Shown here piece after piece: positions 9,051 through 20,169 of a stretch of 29,101 nt of DNA. The DNA lies in contig JBFFUI010000027.1 in NCBI GenBank assembly GCA_041571435.1, positions 1 through 29,101 on the forward strand, written 5' to 3'. Within the stretch, counting starts at the first letter, position 1, and every line of letters begins with the position of its first letter. A model generated the notes under the pieces. That model saw nothing but the letters and a program-made list of their open reading frames with translations, was not told where the DNA came from and searched no databases. The DNA comes from Sulfurimonadaceae bacterium. GTDB taxonomy: Bacteria; Campylobacterota; Campylobacteria; Campylobacterales; Sulfurimonadaceae. A program made the translations under genes and the position numbers.

Positions 9051-9718
9051 AGTGTATAGCCTACCCCTCTGACCGTTTTGATGTACTCTTTGGATTTGTC
9101 AGGGTCGATTTTCTCTTTAAGACGGTTGATCGCAACATTGACGGTGCGGTCCTGATAGATCGCGTCACCGCCCCAGACATGTTCGAGAAGGTAGTCCCGG
9201 TCCAAAACAATGTTCTGGTTGCTGATAAGGGTGTAGAGCAGGTCAAACTCCAGCTTGGTTAGTTCGATGTTTTTACCGTCGATAAAGAGCTCTCTCGAGC
9301 CGAGGTCAAGGGTGATGTCCCGGTAGATCACCTTGCCTTCGCTTTTGTCTTTTTTTGTCCGTTTGAGGACAGCTTTTATTCGCAGAACGAGCTCTTTCAT
9401 GTTGAAAGGCTTGGTGATGTAGTCATCACCTCCACGCTCAAAGCCCTCTTCGATATCGCTCTCTTTGTTTTTGGCACTTAGATAGATAACCGGTATCTCG
9501 ACACCGTTATCACGTATCTGTGCAACAAACTCGCTCCCTTCCACACCGGGAAGATTACGGTCCATAATAAGCAGATCAACCGGCTCTTCTTCAAGGAGCT
9601 GGGCCACGTTTTTTGTACTCGTAAACCCAATGGTCTCAAAACCCTCTTTTTCGAGGTTATATTCGATGAGTTCGAGGATATCTTCTTCATCTTCTACAAT
9701 AACGATAAAAGCACTCAT
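9044..9718 (-). CDS. phoB: OmpR/PhoB-family response regulator
   Basis: Receiver domain (VEDE, MDRNLP, DDYITKPF) plus winged helix (RTVNVAINRLKEK, TVRGVGY); sits between phoU and the kinase. Confidence 0.85.
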   Translation of the reverse strand: MSAFIVIVEDEEDILELIEYNLEKEGFETIGFTSTKNVAQLLEEEPVDLLIMDRNLPGVEGSEFVAQIRDNGVEIPVIYLSAKNKESDIEEGFERGGDDYITKPFNMKELVLRIKAVLKRTKKDKSEGKVIYRDITLDLGSRELFIDGKNIELTKLEFDLLYTLISNQNIVLDRDYLLEHVWGGDAIYQDRTVNVAINRLKEKIDPDKSKEYIKTVRGVGYTLC

Positions 9719-9753
9719 CTTGACTCCTCAAACACGTACAATTCGTGTGATCT

Positions 9754-10422
9754 TTAGTAGATGTTTATCTCTCCGCCTTTGGCTGCATAGAGCAATAAAC
9801 TGGCGATATTTACAGCGCGGTCGCAAGCACGCTCCAGTTTACGTAGTGTACCAAGTATACGGACGTATTCGACTGAAAGCTCCTGCTCGCCCATGATCTG
9901 TGTCATGATCTCTTTTTCGAGGATACTGAAAAGGTCATCATTTTTGCTCTCTTCGACCATGATCATGCGGTAAAGCTCTTCAACGTTGCACTCACCCGGT
10001 TTGTTGAAACACTCTTCGATGTAGACCATGGCATTGAGTGATGTCGTGTGCAGCTTGATTACGATGTCATCAAACGGTGCCAGATTGCATTCGCCTTCGC
10101 AATGTTCACGCATGCGTTTTGCATACTTTTTACTTCCCTCAGCAATACGAAGAAGCTCGTTTGTCAGTTTCAGATAGGCGACAAGCATACGCAGCTCTTG
10201 AGCTTCAGGGCCAAATAGAGCAAATGTCTTGACGATCTCATTGTCGATCGCATTAGCCTCGGACTCTATCGATTTCAGTACATTTTTAACCGCATCATAT
10301 TTTTCAAGATCGTGCGTTTTGTACGCTTCTAGCGTGATCTTATTAGCTTCGACAACCTGACCCATCAGCTCTGCGATCAACGACTGAATGTCTTTTATCT
10401 TCTGTTCGTACTTTGGTAACAT
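9754..10422 (-). CDS. phoU: Phosphate signalling complex protein PhoU
   Basis: Two PhoU repeats (P.AQELR..VAYLK..NEL.RI; LERACDRAVNIA); start ATG 10422 has a TAAGGA RBS. Confidence 0.88.
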   Translation of the reverse strand: MLPKYEQKIKDIQSLIAELMGQVVEANKITLEAYKTHDLEKYDAVKNVLKSIESEANAIDNEIVKTFALFGPEAQELRMLVAYLKLTNELLRIAEGSKKYAKRMREHCEGECNLAPFDDIVIKLHTTSLNAMVYIEECFNKPGECNVEELYRMIMVEESKNDDLFSILEKEIMTQIMGEQELSVEYVRILGTLRKLERACDRAVNIASLLLYAAKGGEINIY

Positions 10423-10451
10423 AAAGTTCCTTATCCACATTTATTGGCGCG

Positions 10452-10483
10452 ATTGTATCCAGCCTATGTAACAAAAAGGTTAC
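10452..10483 (-). promoter_or_regulatory. Pho box (TGTAAC-aaaaa-GGTTAC, 10467-10483) plus -10 TACAAT (10452-10457) for phoU-phoB-phoR
   Basis: 11-bp-period repeat, 9 nt from the -10 element; implies autoregulation. Confidence 0.8.
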
Positions 10484-10643
10484 AGAGACATAAAAAAGCA
10501 TGCTCAATAGATTTTTGAGCACTCTATTATTACATAAATACGATCGAAAACGTAAGTCATTTATTATCATTGCTGAAAAGAAGAAAAGGATGTAGCTGCA
10601 CTATCACAGCAGCAGATGGTTTTGAAAAATATAGTGATGAAGG

Positions 10644-10668
10644 TTGCCGGAACAGGATGTTCCGGCAA
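10644..10668 (-). terminator. Stem-loop after pit (TTGCCGGAACA-gga-TGTTCCGGCAA)
   Basis: 11-bp perfect inverted repeat 24 nt past the stop. Confidence 0.65.
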
Positions 10669-10692
10669 ATGATGGAAGGAAAAGGTGCCGGC

Positions 10693-12336
10693 TTACGACA
10701 TGATCCCCTGAATAATAAAGAAGATCGCGGCCGAAAGCAGCGCGGCCGCCGGTACGGTAATGAGCCATGCCGCTACGATCTTCATAATAGCCGTTCGTTT
10801 GACATATTTCGCTTTTTTAGCCCGCTTGAGCTGTTTTTTCTCAGCTTCGATCTTTGCCTCTTCTACTTCGATGAGACGTTTGAGTTCGGCTATGCGGGCA
10901 GTATCCTCTTCGCTTTTGACCTCTTTGGCCTTCAGCTCTTTGAGTTCAACCTTGTGCGTTTTCTTCTGCTGCTTGTCTTCTTCCAGCTGCTGCTCTTCCG
11001 CTTCGATACGCTCCTGTTCCGTTGTGGTAGAGAGATACTCACGTAAAAAACCGACACCAAAAATACCGCCTATCGCGATGTGTGTCGAGCTGACAGGAAG
11101 TCCCAGCTGCGAAGCGATAATAACCGTGATAGCGGCTGCCATGGCAATGGAGTAGGCGCGGATCTGGTTGAGCTCGGTAATCTCGCTGCCTACCGTCCTG
11201 ATAAGTTTTGGACCGTAAAGCGCAAGCCCCAAAGAGATACCGATCGCACCCACCAACATGACCCACATCGGAATGGCTGCTTTGGATGAGATGCCGCTAC
11301 TCTGTACCGCATCGGCAACTGCCGCCAACGGTCCAATAGCGTTAGCGACATCATTTGCACCGTGTGCAAAACTAAGCAGGGCTGCAGCAAAGATGAGCGG
11401 GATCGTAAAGAGTGAATTGGCGTCTTTGGCACTGTTTTGAAGCTTTTTAGAGGCTTTTGCTATCTGTGGTTTGACGATGATATAGGTGATCACAGCAGCG
11501 ATAAGACCAATGGTCATTGCCTGCATCAGCGTCGGTTTTTTAGTCACCTCAAGGGCAAAAGGCAACAGAGCATTGGCCGTATCCATAACGCTTGGCCAGA
11601 TCTTTTTAAGCCCTTTGAGCGTCAGATAGGTTGCAAAGGCAAAGGCCATGACGGCGACATAGATCGGCACCATCGTGCGCATCGCCGCCAGTCTGTCCTC
11701 TTTATAAAGTATCGTTCTTTTGATCGTATAGAGAAACAGTGCCGCGATAACCGCACCCAGAACCGGTGAGATGACCCATGAAGAAGCGATCTTGCCCATC
11801 GTCCCCCAAGAGACAATACTAAAACCGGCGGCAGCAATACCCCCGCCCATGACACCGCCAACAATAGAGTGTGTCGTGGATACCGGAGCACCTACCTTTG
11901 TCGCGATATTCAACCAGACACCGCCAGCCAACAGTGCACCCGTCATCGCCCAGATAAACTCCTGCGTACTGACAAACAGTTCCGGATCGATGATCCCTTT
12001 TTTAATGGTACTGACAACATCACCGCCGGCAATGATGGCTCCGCCTGCCTCAAAGATAGCTGCGATAATGATGGCTCCGCCCATAGTAAGAGCTTTCGAA
12101 CCGACAGCCGGACCCACATTGTTGGCAACATCATTGGCACCGATATTCAATGCCATATAGGCACCGAACAGTGCCGCAATAGCAATAAATGCATGGTTAG
12201 CAGCACCCTCATCTATCGCAAATGCATACCAGAGCACGAATGCCAAAAATACGAAAGCAACGCCCATACGTAAAAAATCGGCTTGCGAACTTTCGACTGC
12301 CTTTTTTTCCATTTTCTTAACTGTGTGGATATCCAT
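10693..12336 (-). CDS. Inorganic phosphate transporter, PiT family
   Basis: Two GANDVAN signatures, PVSTTH and PVSSTH motifs; long charged insertion before the last helix. Confidence 0.93.
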   Translation of the reverse strand: MDIHTVKKMEKKAVESSQADFLRMGVAFVFLAFVLWYAFAIDEGAANHAFIAIAALFGAYMALNIGANDVANNVGPAVGSKALTMGGAIIIAAIFEAGGAIIAGGDVVSTIKKGIIDPELFVSTQEFIWAMTGALLAGGVWLNIATKVGAPVSTTHSIVGGVMGGGIAAAGFSIVSWGTMGKIASSWVISPVLGAVIAALFLYTIKRTILYKEDRLAAMRTMVPIYVAVMAFAFATYLTLKGLKKIWPSVMDTANALLPFALEVTKKPTLMQAMTIGLIAAVITYIIVKPQIAKASKKLQNSAKDANSLFTIPLIFAAALLSFAHGANDVANAIGPLAAVADAVQSSGISSKAAIPMWVMLVGAIGISLGLALYGPKLIRTVGSEITELNQIRAYSIAMAAAITVIIASQLGLPVSSTHIAIGGIFGVGFLREYLSTTTEQERIEAEEQQLEEDKQQKKTHKVELKELKAKEVKSEEDTARIAELKRLIEVEEAKIEAEKKQLKRAKKAKYVKRTAIMKIVAAWLITVPAAALLSAAIFFIIQGIMS

Positions 12337-12351
12337 TTGACCAGACCTTTA

Positions 12352-12391
12352 TGTAACATTTTGGTTACAAAATATTTTGAAAATTATACCA
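12352..12391 (-). promoter_or_regulatory. pit promoter (extended -10 TGgTATAAT, 12383-12391) with a downstream Pho box (TGTAAC-atttt-GGTTAC, 12352-12368)
   Basis: The box lies between the -10 element and the AAAGG RBS, an operator-like position. Confidence 0.7.
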
Positions 12392-12457
12392 TTAACCTAT
12401 TGAAGTCAAAGGATACTAAGGTATCGAAGCGTTGCGAAATTTAGAGGATGCCTGTTA

Positions 12458-12844
12458 TCAGGCTTTTGTGATCTTTGAGCTGTCTATTTCGATCACCGTA
12501 TGAACATTACCGCGCGGATTGTAATCGGCAACGATCTTCATGTATTTGGGTTTGAGTTTACGCTCCAACACATCATAGATCTCATTGGCACTGTTCTCGT
12601 GTGAGACATGCTTATCACGGAACGAGTTGATATAGAGCTTGATCGCTTTCAGCTCCACAACATACTCGTCAGGTGTGTACTCCAGATAGATCGTTGCATA
12701 ATCCGGATAGCCGCTGCGCGGGCACAGGCAAGAGAACTCCGGCAGTGTCATCTTGATAAGGTAGTCACGTTTATGCTGGTTTGGCCAGATCTCCAAATCT
12801 TTTTCTACATCAAATTCGTTTACAATTTTTTCGCCATATTTCAT
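12458..12844 (-). CDS. queF: NADPH-dependent preQ0 reductase (short unimodular type)
   Basis: EFSCLCPRSGYPD catalytic Cys, VELKAIKLY QueF motif, SHE and PRG motifs. Confidence 0.95.
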   Translation of the reverse strand: MKYGEKIVNEFDVEKDLEIWPNQHKRDYLIKMTLPEFSCLCPRSGYPDYATIYLEYTPDEYVVELKAIKLYINSFRDKHVSHENSANEIYDVLERKLKPKYMKIVADYNPRGNVHTVIEIDSSKITKA

Positions 12845-12859
12845 TAATGAACCTTTATA

Positions 12860-14278
12860 TTAATCAATTTTTTCTAGCTCTTCTAGTGATGCAATTTTAC
12901 CAAGATAGTTGCCCTGAACGAAATCGATACCGAGTGCTGTCACAATCTTCTCCTCTGATTCGTCTTCTATCATACGGATCCAGCTTCTCAGACCCAGCCC
13001 CTGGGCCACGACATTCAGCCCTTTGACGATATCCTGATACTCTTTCTCTTTGATATGTTTGCCGTAGCTGTTGTCAAATCGAAGCACATCGACTTTGAGA
13101 TCTTTTAAAAAGGCCATGCTGCTTTTAAAGGCACCGAAGTTGTCGATCGCAATGAAAATACCCAGTCGACGGTAGGCCTGCAGCAGTTCGTTGTAGCGCT
13201 TGGGATAGTCGTAATAGTCATTTTCGCTCAGAACGAACATGATCCGTCCCCGAGCTGATTCATTGTTGCTCAGCAGCGTCAGTGCTCTCTCCAGAAAACT
13301 GTTGTTTCGAACAGATGATGGTGAAAGAGAGAGTGCCAGTATAAGATTATGCGGTACGTTTTCAGAGACTTTGACCACCTTTTCTAGGATCATCTCATCA
13401 TAGGTACGTCTAAGTCCAAGACGATCGATGACCGGCATAAACTTGTTTTGATGAATGATCTTGCCATCATCATTGATCAGTTTGACGCTGGCCTCTAGCA
13501 TGCTGGCCGACTCTTTTTCATCCACAATCTGAAACATTAGAGAGAAAGCATGTTTTTTGATCGCTTGAATGACGGAAGACTCAAGCTCTGTCGGATCAAT
13601 CTCTTCTTCCTCAAAGGCCTGTTTATAGGCCAATTTTTCATCTGCAATATCAAACAGGCGTGTCGTCAACTGTTCGATGTCACGCGAATAGTTGGTATCG
13701 ACAATAGCCGATGCCAGACCTATTTCTATCTCATCTATGGTTCTGTTCTGGAACTTCAGACACATCAGGTCAAGCAGATTTTGATAACGCTCTTTAGTCC
13801 CCGGAAGACCGATCAAAAAATCGGAGCCTTTATAGTGTCCTATGGGAAAGCGCTCTATCTCTTTTTCTTTTAAAAAAGCACCGATCCACTGTCCGACCTC
13901 ATAAAGGACTCTATCACCTTTCTTAAGCCCGTATCGGCTGTTGATCTCGGTCAGATTGCGTACCGAGACCAAAAGAATGGTATACGGTCCTTTTTGGATC
14001 TGCTTGTCTATATAGTTATTCAGATATTCACGGCTGAAAGTGTGGGTGATAGGGTCTGTAATACGTTCCTCTTGCCCTTGATAGATAAGATAGAAAATGT
14101 AGTAGATCATCACTGCAAAGACAGAGACGGCAATGACAAAGTAGTAGCTTGAGATATCTTCTTGTTCGATAGAAAAGAAACTGATAGAGACAATCAAAAA
14201 AAGAATAAATATAGGCAGACCCATACGAAGGGCCAGCTTAAATCGAAGGGCTCTCTCTTTCTCCTCGGGCAGAAGCAT
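12860..14278 (-). CDS. Membrane-anchored GGDEF/EAL-domain protein with degenerate active sites
   Basis: Two N-terminal TMs, GGDEF-like region (TDPITH, INSRYG..KGD, KGSDF) and EAL-like region (EAS, IDNFG, QG). Confidence 0.8.
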   Translation of the reverse strand: MLLPEEKERALRFKLALRMGLPIFILFLIVSISFFSIEQEDISSYYFVIAVSVFAVMIYYIFYLIYQGQEERITDPITHTFSREYLNNYIDKQIQKGPYTILLVSVRNLTEINSRYGLKKGDRVLYEVGQWIGAFLKEKEIERFPIGHYKGSDFLIGLPGTKERYQNLLDLMCLKFQNRTIDEIEIGLASAIVDTNYSRDIEQLTTRLFDIADEKLAYKQAFEEEEIDPTELESSVIQAIKKHAFSLMFQIVDEKESASMLEASVKLINDDGKIIHQNKFMPVIDRLGLRRTYDEMILEKVVKVSENVPHNLILALSLSPSSVRNNSFLERALTLLSNNESARGRIMFVLSENDYYDYPKRYNELLQAYRRLGIFIAIDNFGAFKSSMAFLKDLKVDVLRFDNSYGKHIKEKEYQDIVKGLNVVAQGLGLRSWIRMIEDESEEKIVTALGIDFVQGNYLGKIASLEELEKID

Positions 14279-14285
14279 AGATGGC

Positions 14286-16631
<2,346 letters not shown>

Positions 16632-16633
16632 TT

Positions 16634-16639
16634 ATTATA
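16634..16639 (-). promoter_or_regulatory. Putative -10 (TATAAT) for gyrB
   Basis: Perfect TATAAT 32 nt upstream of the gyrB ATG in the dnaN-gyrB spacer; a small hairpin at 16743-16758 follows dnaN. Confidence 0.5.
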
Positions 16640-16771
16640 CGAAAATTTGCTCTTATACTAACGCATAGTAGCCTAAAAATCGTTTAAATGATAATTTTGA
16701 TGTTTATGTTGGAAAAGAGAGAAAATGGATGAGAGGGTGATTAGCAGTTAAAACTGCTTAATCGGTGAAAA

Positions 16772-17839
16772 TCAGATGACGATCGGCATGACAATTGTTT
16801 TGAAATTTTCATCTTCCAGGACAAAAGGCATATTCGGTTCATTCAGTCCTATGGTAAATTCACTGTTTTTGGTCTGCCCGATAAAATCGAGGATATAGCG
16901 ACTATTCACTGCGAGCATAAATGGTGAATCAAAACCTGTAGAGAATTCGATCGCTGTCTTTGCTTCGATATTATCATCACTGAGCGATTCAAATTCGATA
17001 GCACTTTGTGTAAATGTCACTTTCAGATCATTGGAAATTGTCGTGATCTGTTTGATAGCATCTATCATCTGTGCTTTCGGAAGCATCATCATTGTAGCAA
17101 TCTCTTTAGGAATAATGCGTGTATAGTCCGGGAACTTTCCGTTGATCAGTTTTGTAAAAAAGAGGTATTGGTCTGACTTGATGATCAGATAGGTATTGTC
17201 GTAGTAGATCTCTATATTGTCGAAGAAGAGCTTTTGGATCTCTATAATCGCTTTTTTTGGAACGATGATGGAGAGTTCACTTTCATTAGAAGTAGATATA
17301 TTGACAATTGCCAGACGACGTGTGTCTGTTGAGACAAAGTTAATGCCGGTATGTTTAATATCGATCAAGGCCCCATTAAGTTCAAATTTCGGATTGTTGG
17401 TGTCTGTCGAAGGTGTTATCTTTTTAAGCGATTCAATCAAAAGTTGCGAATCTATCTCTATTTTCGGTTTGTCTTTATATTCAGGGAATGAAGGAAACTC
17501 GTTTGAATTAAAAGTAGGCAGTTTAAAGTTTGAACGGCCTTGTTGAATATGAAGAGTATTTTGGACTGTTTCCAAAACAACTTCGTTATCTTTTAAGATG
17601 CGGATTATATCCAGCAGTTTTTTACCATTGGCAGTGATAGAACCGCTCATCTCAACAGAGACCTGATCGCTCTCTATAACAAGACCGACTTCATAGTCGG
17701 TAGCTTTGACAACAAGCTTTGCACCTTGGACTTCTAGTGAGACATGTGAGGTGATCTGGGATGTGTCTTTCTTTTCAAGAAAAGGTTGCACATGGACTAG
17801 CATGTTTTCAAGAACAGATTTAGCAATCGCTATTCGCAT
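16772..17839 (-). CDS. dnaN: DNA polymerase III beta sliding clamp
   Basis: ATDYE, STDTRRLA, LINGKFPDY and C-terminal VMPI motifs; downstream of dnaA. Confidence 0.97.
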   Translation of the reverse strand: MRIAIAKSVLENMLVHVQPFLEKKDTSQITSHVSLEVQGAKLVVKATDYEVGLVIESDQVSVEMSGSITANGKKLLDIIRILKDNEVVLETVQNTLHIQQGRSNFKLPTFNSNEFPSFPEYKDKPKIEIDSQLLIESLKKITPSTDTNNPKFELNGALIDIKHTGINFVSTDTRRLAIVNISTSNESELSIIVPKKAIIEIQKLFFDNIEIYYDNTYLIIKSDQYLFFTKLINGKFPDYTRIIPKEIATMMMLPKAQMIDAIKQITTISNDLKVTFTQSAIEFESLSDDNIEAKTAIEFSTGFDSPFMLAVNSRYILDFIGQTKNSEFTIGLNEPNMPFVLEDENFKTIVMPIVI

Positions 17840-17848
17840 CGAAATTCC

Positions 17849-17978
17849 TTTTTATATAATAAAATTTTTAGTAATAGTAATATAGACCTGTGTAAAGGTG
17901 AATACTATTTACAGAGCCCTGTATATTGGGCTTTAATGATGTGAACAAACCCTTTGAGTCAATTCACATTTATTCACT
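17849..17978. other. oriC2: AT-rich DNA unwinding element, DnaA-trios and DnaA boxes (dnaA-dnaN spacer)
   Basis: AT-rich tract, then TAG-TAA-TAG-TAA-TA-TAG (17869-17885), ACC, and boxes TGTGTAAAG (17889), GGTGAATAC (17897), TGTGAACAA (17940), CAATTCACA (17960) and TTATTCACT (17970). Confidence 0.8.
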
Positions 17979-18071
17979 TGCTAGATTATATCTTTTTTTT
18001 TATACAGTTCCAACAAGAAAAAACACTATTTTAACCCTAATAGAGGAATTCAGAGGCCTTGCCCGTTTCTA

Positions 18072-19391
18072 TTACTCTTGGGTAGAGGTCATTATTTTGT
18101 TGGTCAGTTCATCGATTTTAACTTTAAAGTCCTCATCATTTTTAAGAAGTTCATTGATCTTTTTCATGGTGTGACTGACAGCGGTGTGATCTTTCATCCC
18201 AAAATACTTGGCAAGTTCAGGCATTGACATCGGGGTAAGTTCACGGGCTAGGTAGATGGCGATTCGGCGGGTGTAAACAATATTTCTGCTGCGATTTTTA
18301 GACTTGATCTCGGAGGGCTTGACGTTAAGTTCTTTGGCAACGATACTCATAATGAAATCAATAGAGATATTGTCGCGTTTCTCCTGGAGTGTCTCTTTCA
18401 GAACATTTTGTGCAAACTCAATCGTAATCGGCTGGTGCATCAGTTGTGCATAAGCGTGAAGTTTGGAGAGAATACCCTCTATTTCACGGACATTGCTTTC
18501 AATGATCGTTGCGATATATTTGACCACATCCCCGTCGATGTTGATACGGTTGATCTCACACTTCTTTTGGATAATAGCGATCTTGGTCTCAAGTTCAGGT
18601 GGTTGAATATCCGCGACGAGTCCCCATTCAAACCGGCTCTTGAGTCGGTCTTCCAGTCCGGCGATCTGTTTTGGTTTCTTGTCGGCGGTCATGATGATCT
18701 GTTTGTGCTCGTTTCGAAGCGCTTCGAAGGTGTGGAAGAACTCCTCCTGCGTCTGGACTTTGTTGCTCAAAAACTGTATATCATCGATAAGGAGCACGTC
18801 ACATTTACGGTATTTGTCTTTAAAACGGTCCATCGTTTTGTTGCGCATGTGTGATGTGAAGTCATTCAAGAACTGCTCGACCGAGGTGTAGATAACACTT
18901 TTACCCTGGTGCTGCAACACGTTACCGACAGCCTGCATCAGGTGGGTCTTACCAAGGCCGACGCCCCCGTAGATGAAAAGCGGATTGTACAGTTCACCCG
19001 GCTTTTCACTGACGCTTTTAGCGGCAGAGTAGGCAAACTGGTTGGACGAACCCGGAACATAGTTTTCAAACGTGTATGAAGGGTTCAGCAGAGAGTGCTG
19101 CTGTTTTTCACCTTTGTGTTCCGCTTTTGCAGCTATTTTTCCTTTTTTGGCAGACTTCAGTTCGATGCTGACAAGTGTTTTTGTCCCTGTCCTGACTTCA
19201 AAAAGATGGGCGATCTTGTCCGAGAACTTTCGTTTTATATAGTTTGCTATCAGAGCATTAGGTGCGTGATAGACGGCAATATTGCTTTTTGACTTTATCG
19301 TAGAGAAAGTGAGTTGTTTGATATAACGATTGTAATCGATCTCTGATATCTCATCTTTGAGTTTTAGTAAGATCTCCTGGCCGATATTCAT
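18072..19391 (-). CDS. dnaA: Chromosomal replication initiator DnaA
   Basis: YNPLFIYGGVGLGKTHL, LLIDDIQF, RLKSRF, NVREIEG and DHTAV motifs. Confidence 0.99.
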   Translation of the reverse strand: MNIGQEILLKLKDEISEIDYNRYIKQLTFSTIKSKSNIAVYHAPNALIANYIKRKFSDKIAHLFEVRTGTKTLVSIELKSAKKGKIAAKAEHKGEKQQHSLLNPSYTFENYVPGSSNQFAYSAAKSVSEKPGELYNPLFIYGGVGLGKTHLMQAVGNVLQHQGKSVIYTSVEQFLNDFTSHMRNKTMDRFKDKYRKCDVLLIDDIQFLSNKVQTQEEFFHTFEALRNEHKQIIMTADKKPKQIAGLEDRLKSRFEWGLVADIQPPELETKIAIIQKKCEINRINIDGDVVKYIATIIESNVREIEGILSKLHAYAQLMHQPITIEFAQNVLKETLQEKRDNISIDFIMSIVAKELNVKPSEIKSKNRSRNIVYTRRIAIYLARELTPMSMPELAKYFGMKDHTAVSHTMKKINELLKNDEDFKVKIDELTNKIMTSTQE

Positions 19392-19405
19392 CTCTGCTTC
19401 CTTGT

Positions 19406-19529
19406 TTATTCACCTGTGAATAGATAGTGAAATTGTATGTGAATAATACACTACTTTTCCTATATTGTGCTAAAATCAGCCTGTGAATAAAAGTTATTCA
19501 CATTGTGAAAAAGGTAGAGATGTGAAAGC
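19406..19529. other. oriC1: DnaA-box cluster and dnaA promoter (ruvC-dnaA spacer)
   Basis: TTATTCACC (19406), TGTGAATAG (19415), TGTGAATAA (19438, 19482), TTATTCACA (19494), TGTGAAAAA (19504) and TGTGAAAGC (19521); minus-strand TACAAT at 19432-19437. Confidence 0.82.
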
Positions 19530-19561
19530 GATTAGTGTGATATTAGGGTTAAAGTGCAGCG

Positions 19562-20044
19562 ATGATTAAAATTTTAGGGATCGACCCGGGGACACGCAAT
19601 ATGGGTTATGCTGTTATCCTCTTGGATAGAGGCAGGATCTCTCTTGTCGAAGCGGGTCTAATCAAGATGAAACAAGATGATCTTCAATTTCAGATACCGC
19701 AGATGGTTGAGGGGTTGGAGCAGATTTTTTCAAAACATGACATCGACGAAGTCGCGATGGAAGACATCTTCTATGCACATAACCCGCAGACGGTTTTGAA
19801 ACTGGCGCAGTTTCGCGGTGCTATTATGCTGAAACTGCTGCAGGAGTTTGGCCAGTTTGCTGAATACACGCCTCTGCAGGTCAAAAGGGCCCTCACCGGC
19901 AAGGCAAAAGCGGGCAAAGAGCAGGTGGCCTTTATGGTGCAACGGCTGCTGGGCATCAAAAAAGAGATCAAACCTCTGGATATATCCGATGCGATGGCAG
20001 TTGCGATCACCCATTCTCAGCGGGTTAAACTGAATAAAAAGTAG
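19562..20044 (+). CDS. ruvC: Holliday junction resolvase RuvC
   Basis: [35 protein letters not shown] and DISDAMAVA motifs; divergent from dnaA as is typical of Campylobacterota. Confidence 0.96.
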   Translation: MIKILGIDPGTRNMGYAVILLDRGRISLVEAGLIKMKQDDLQFQIPQMVEGLEQIFSKHDIDEVAMEDIFYAHNPQTVLKLAQFRGAIMLKLLQEFGQFAEYTPLQVKRALTGKAKAGKEQVAFMVQRLLGIKKEIKPLDISDAMAVAITHSQRVKLNKK

Positions 20045-20169
20045 AACAGCTGCTTTATGTATTGCAAACGGAAGGCGTAACGGCAAAAGGGTCGCTGTTC
20101 CACCTGTTACGCTTCACATTTAAATCTAACATTGTATAATTGCTGATATTGAGCCAAAAGAGATATGAA

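Noticed and set aside
20075..20112. Seventh Pho box (GTAAC...GTTAC)
   Set aside because: The half-sites are inverted and far more than 11 bp apart, so they do not fit the box geometry
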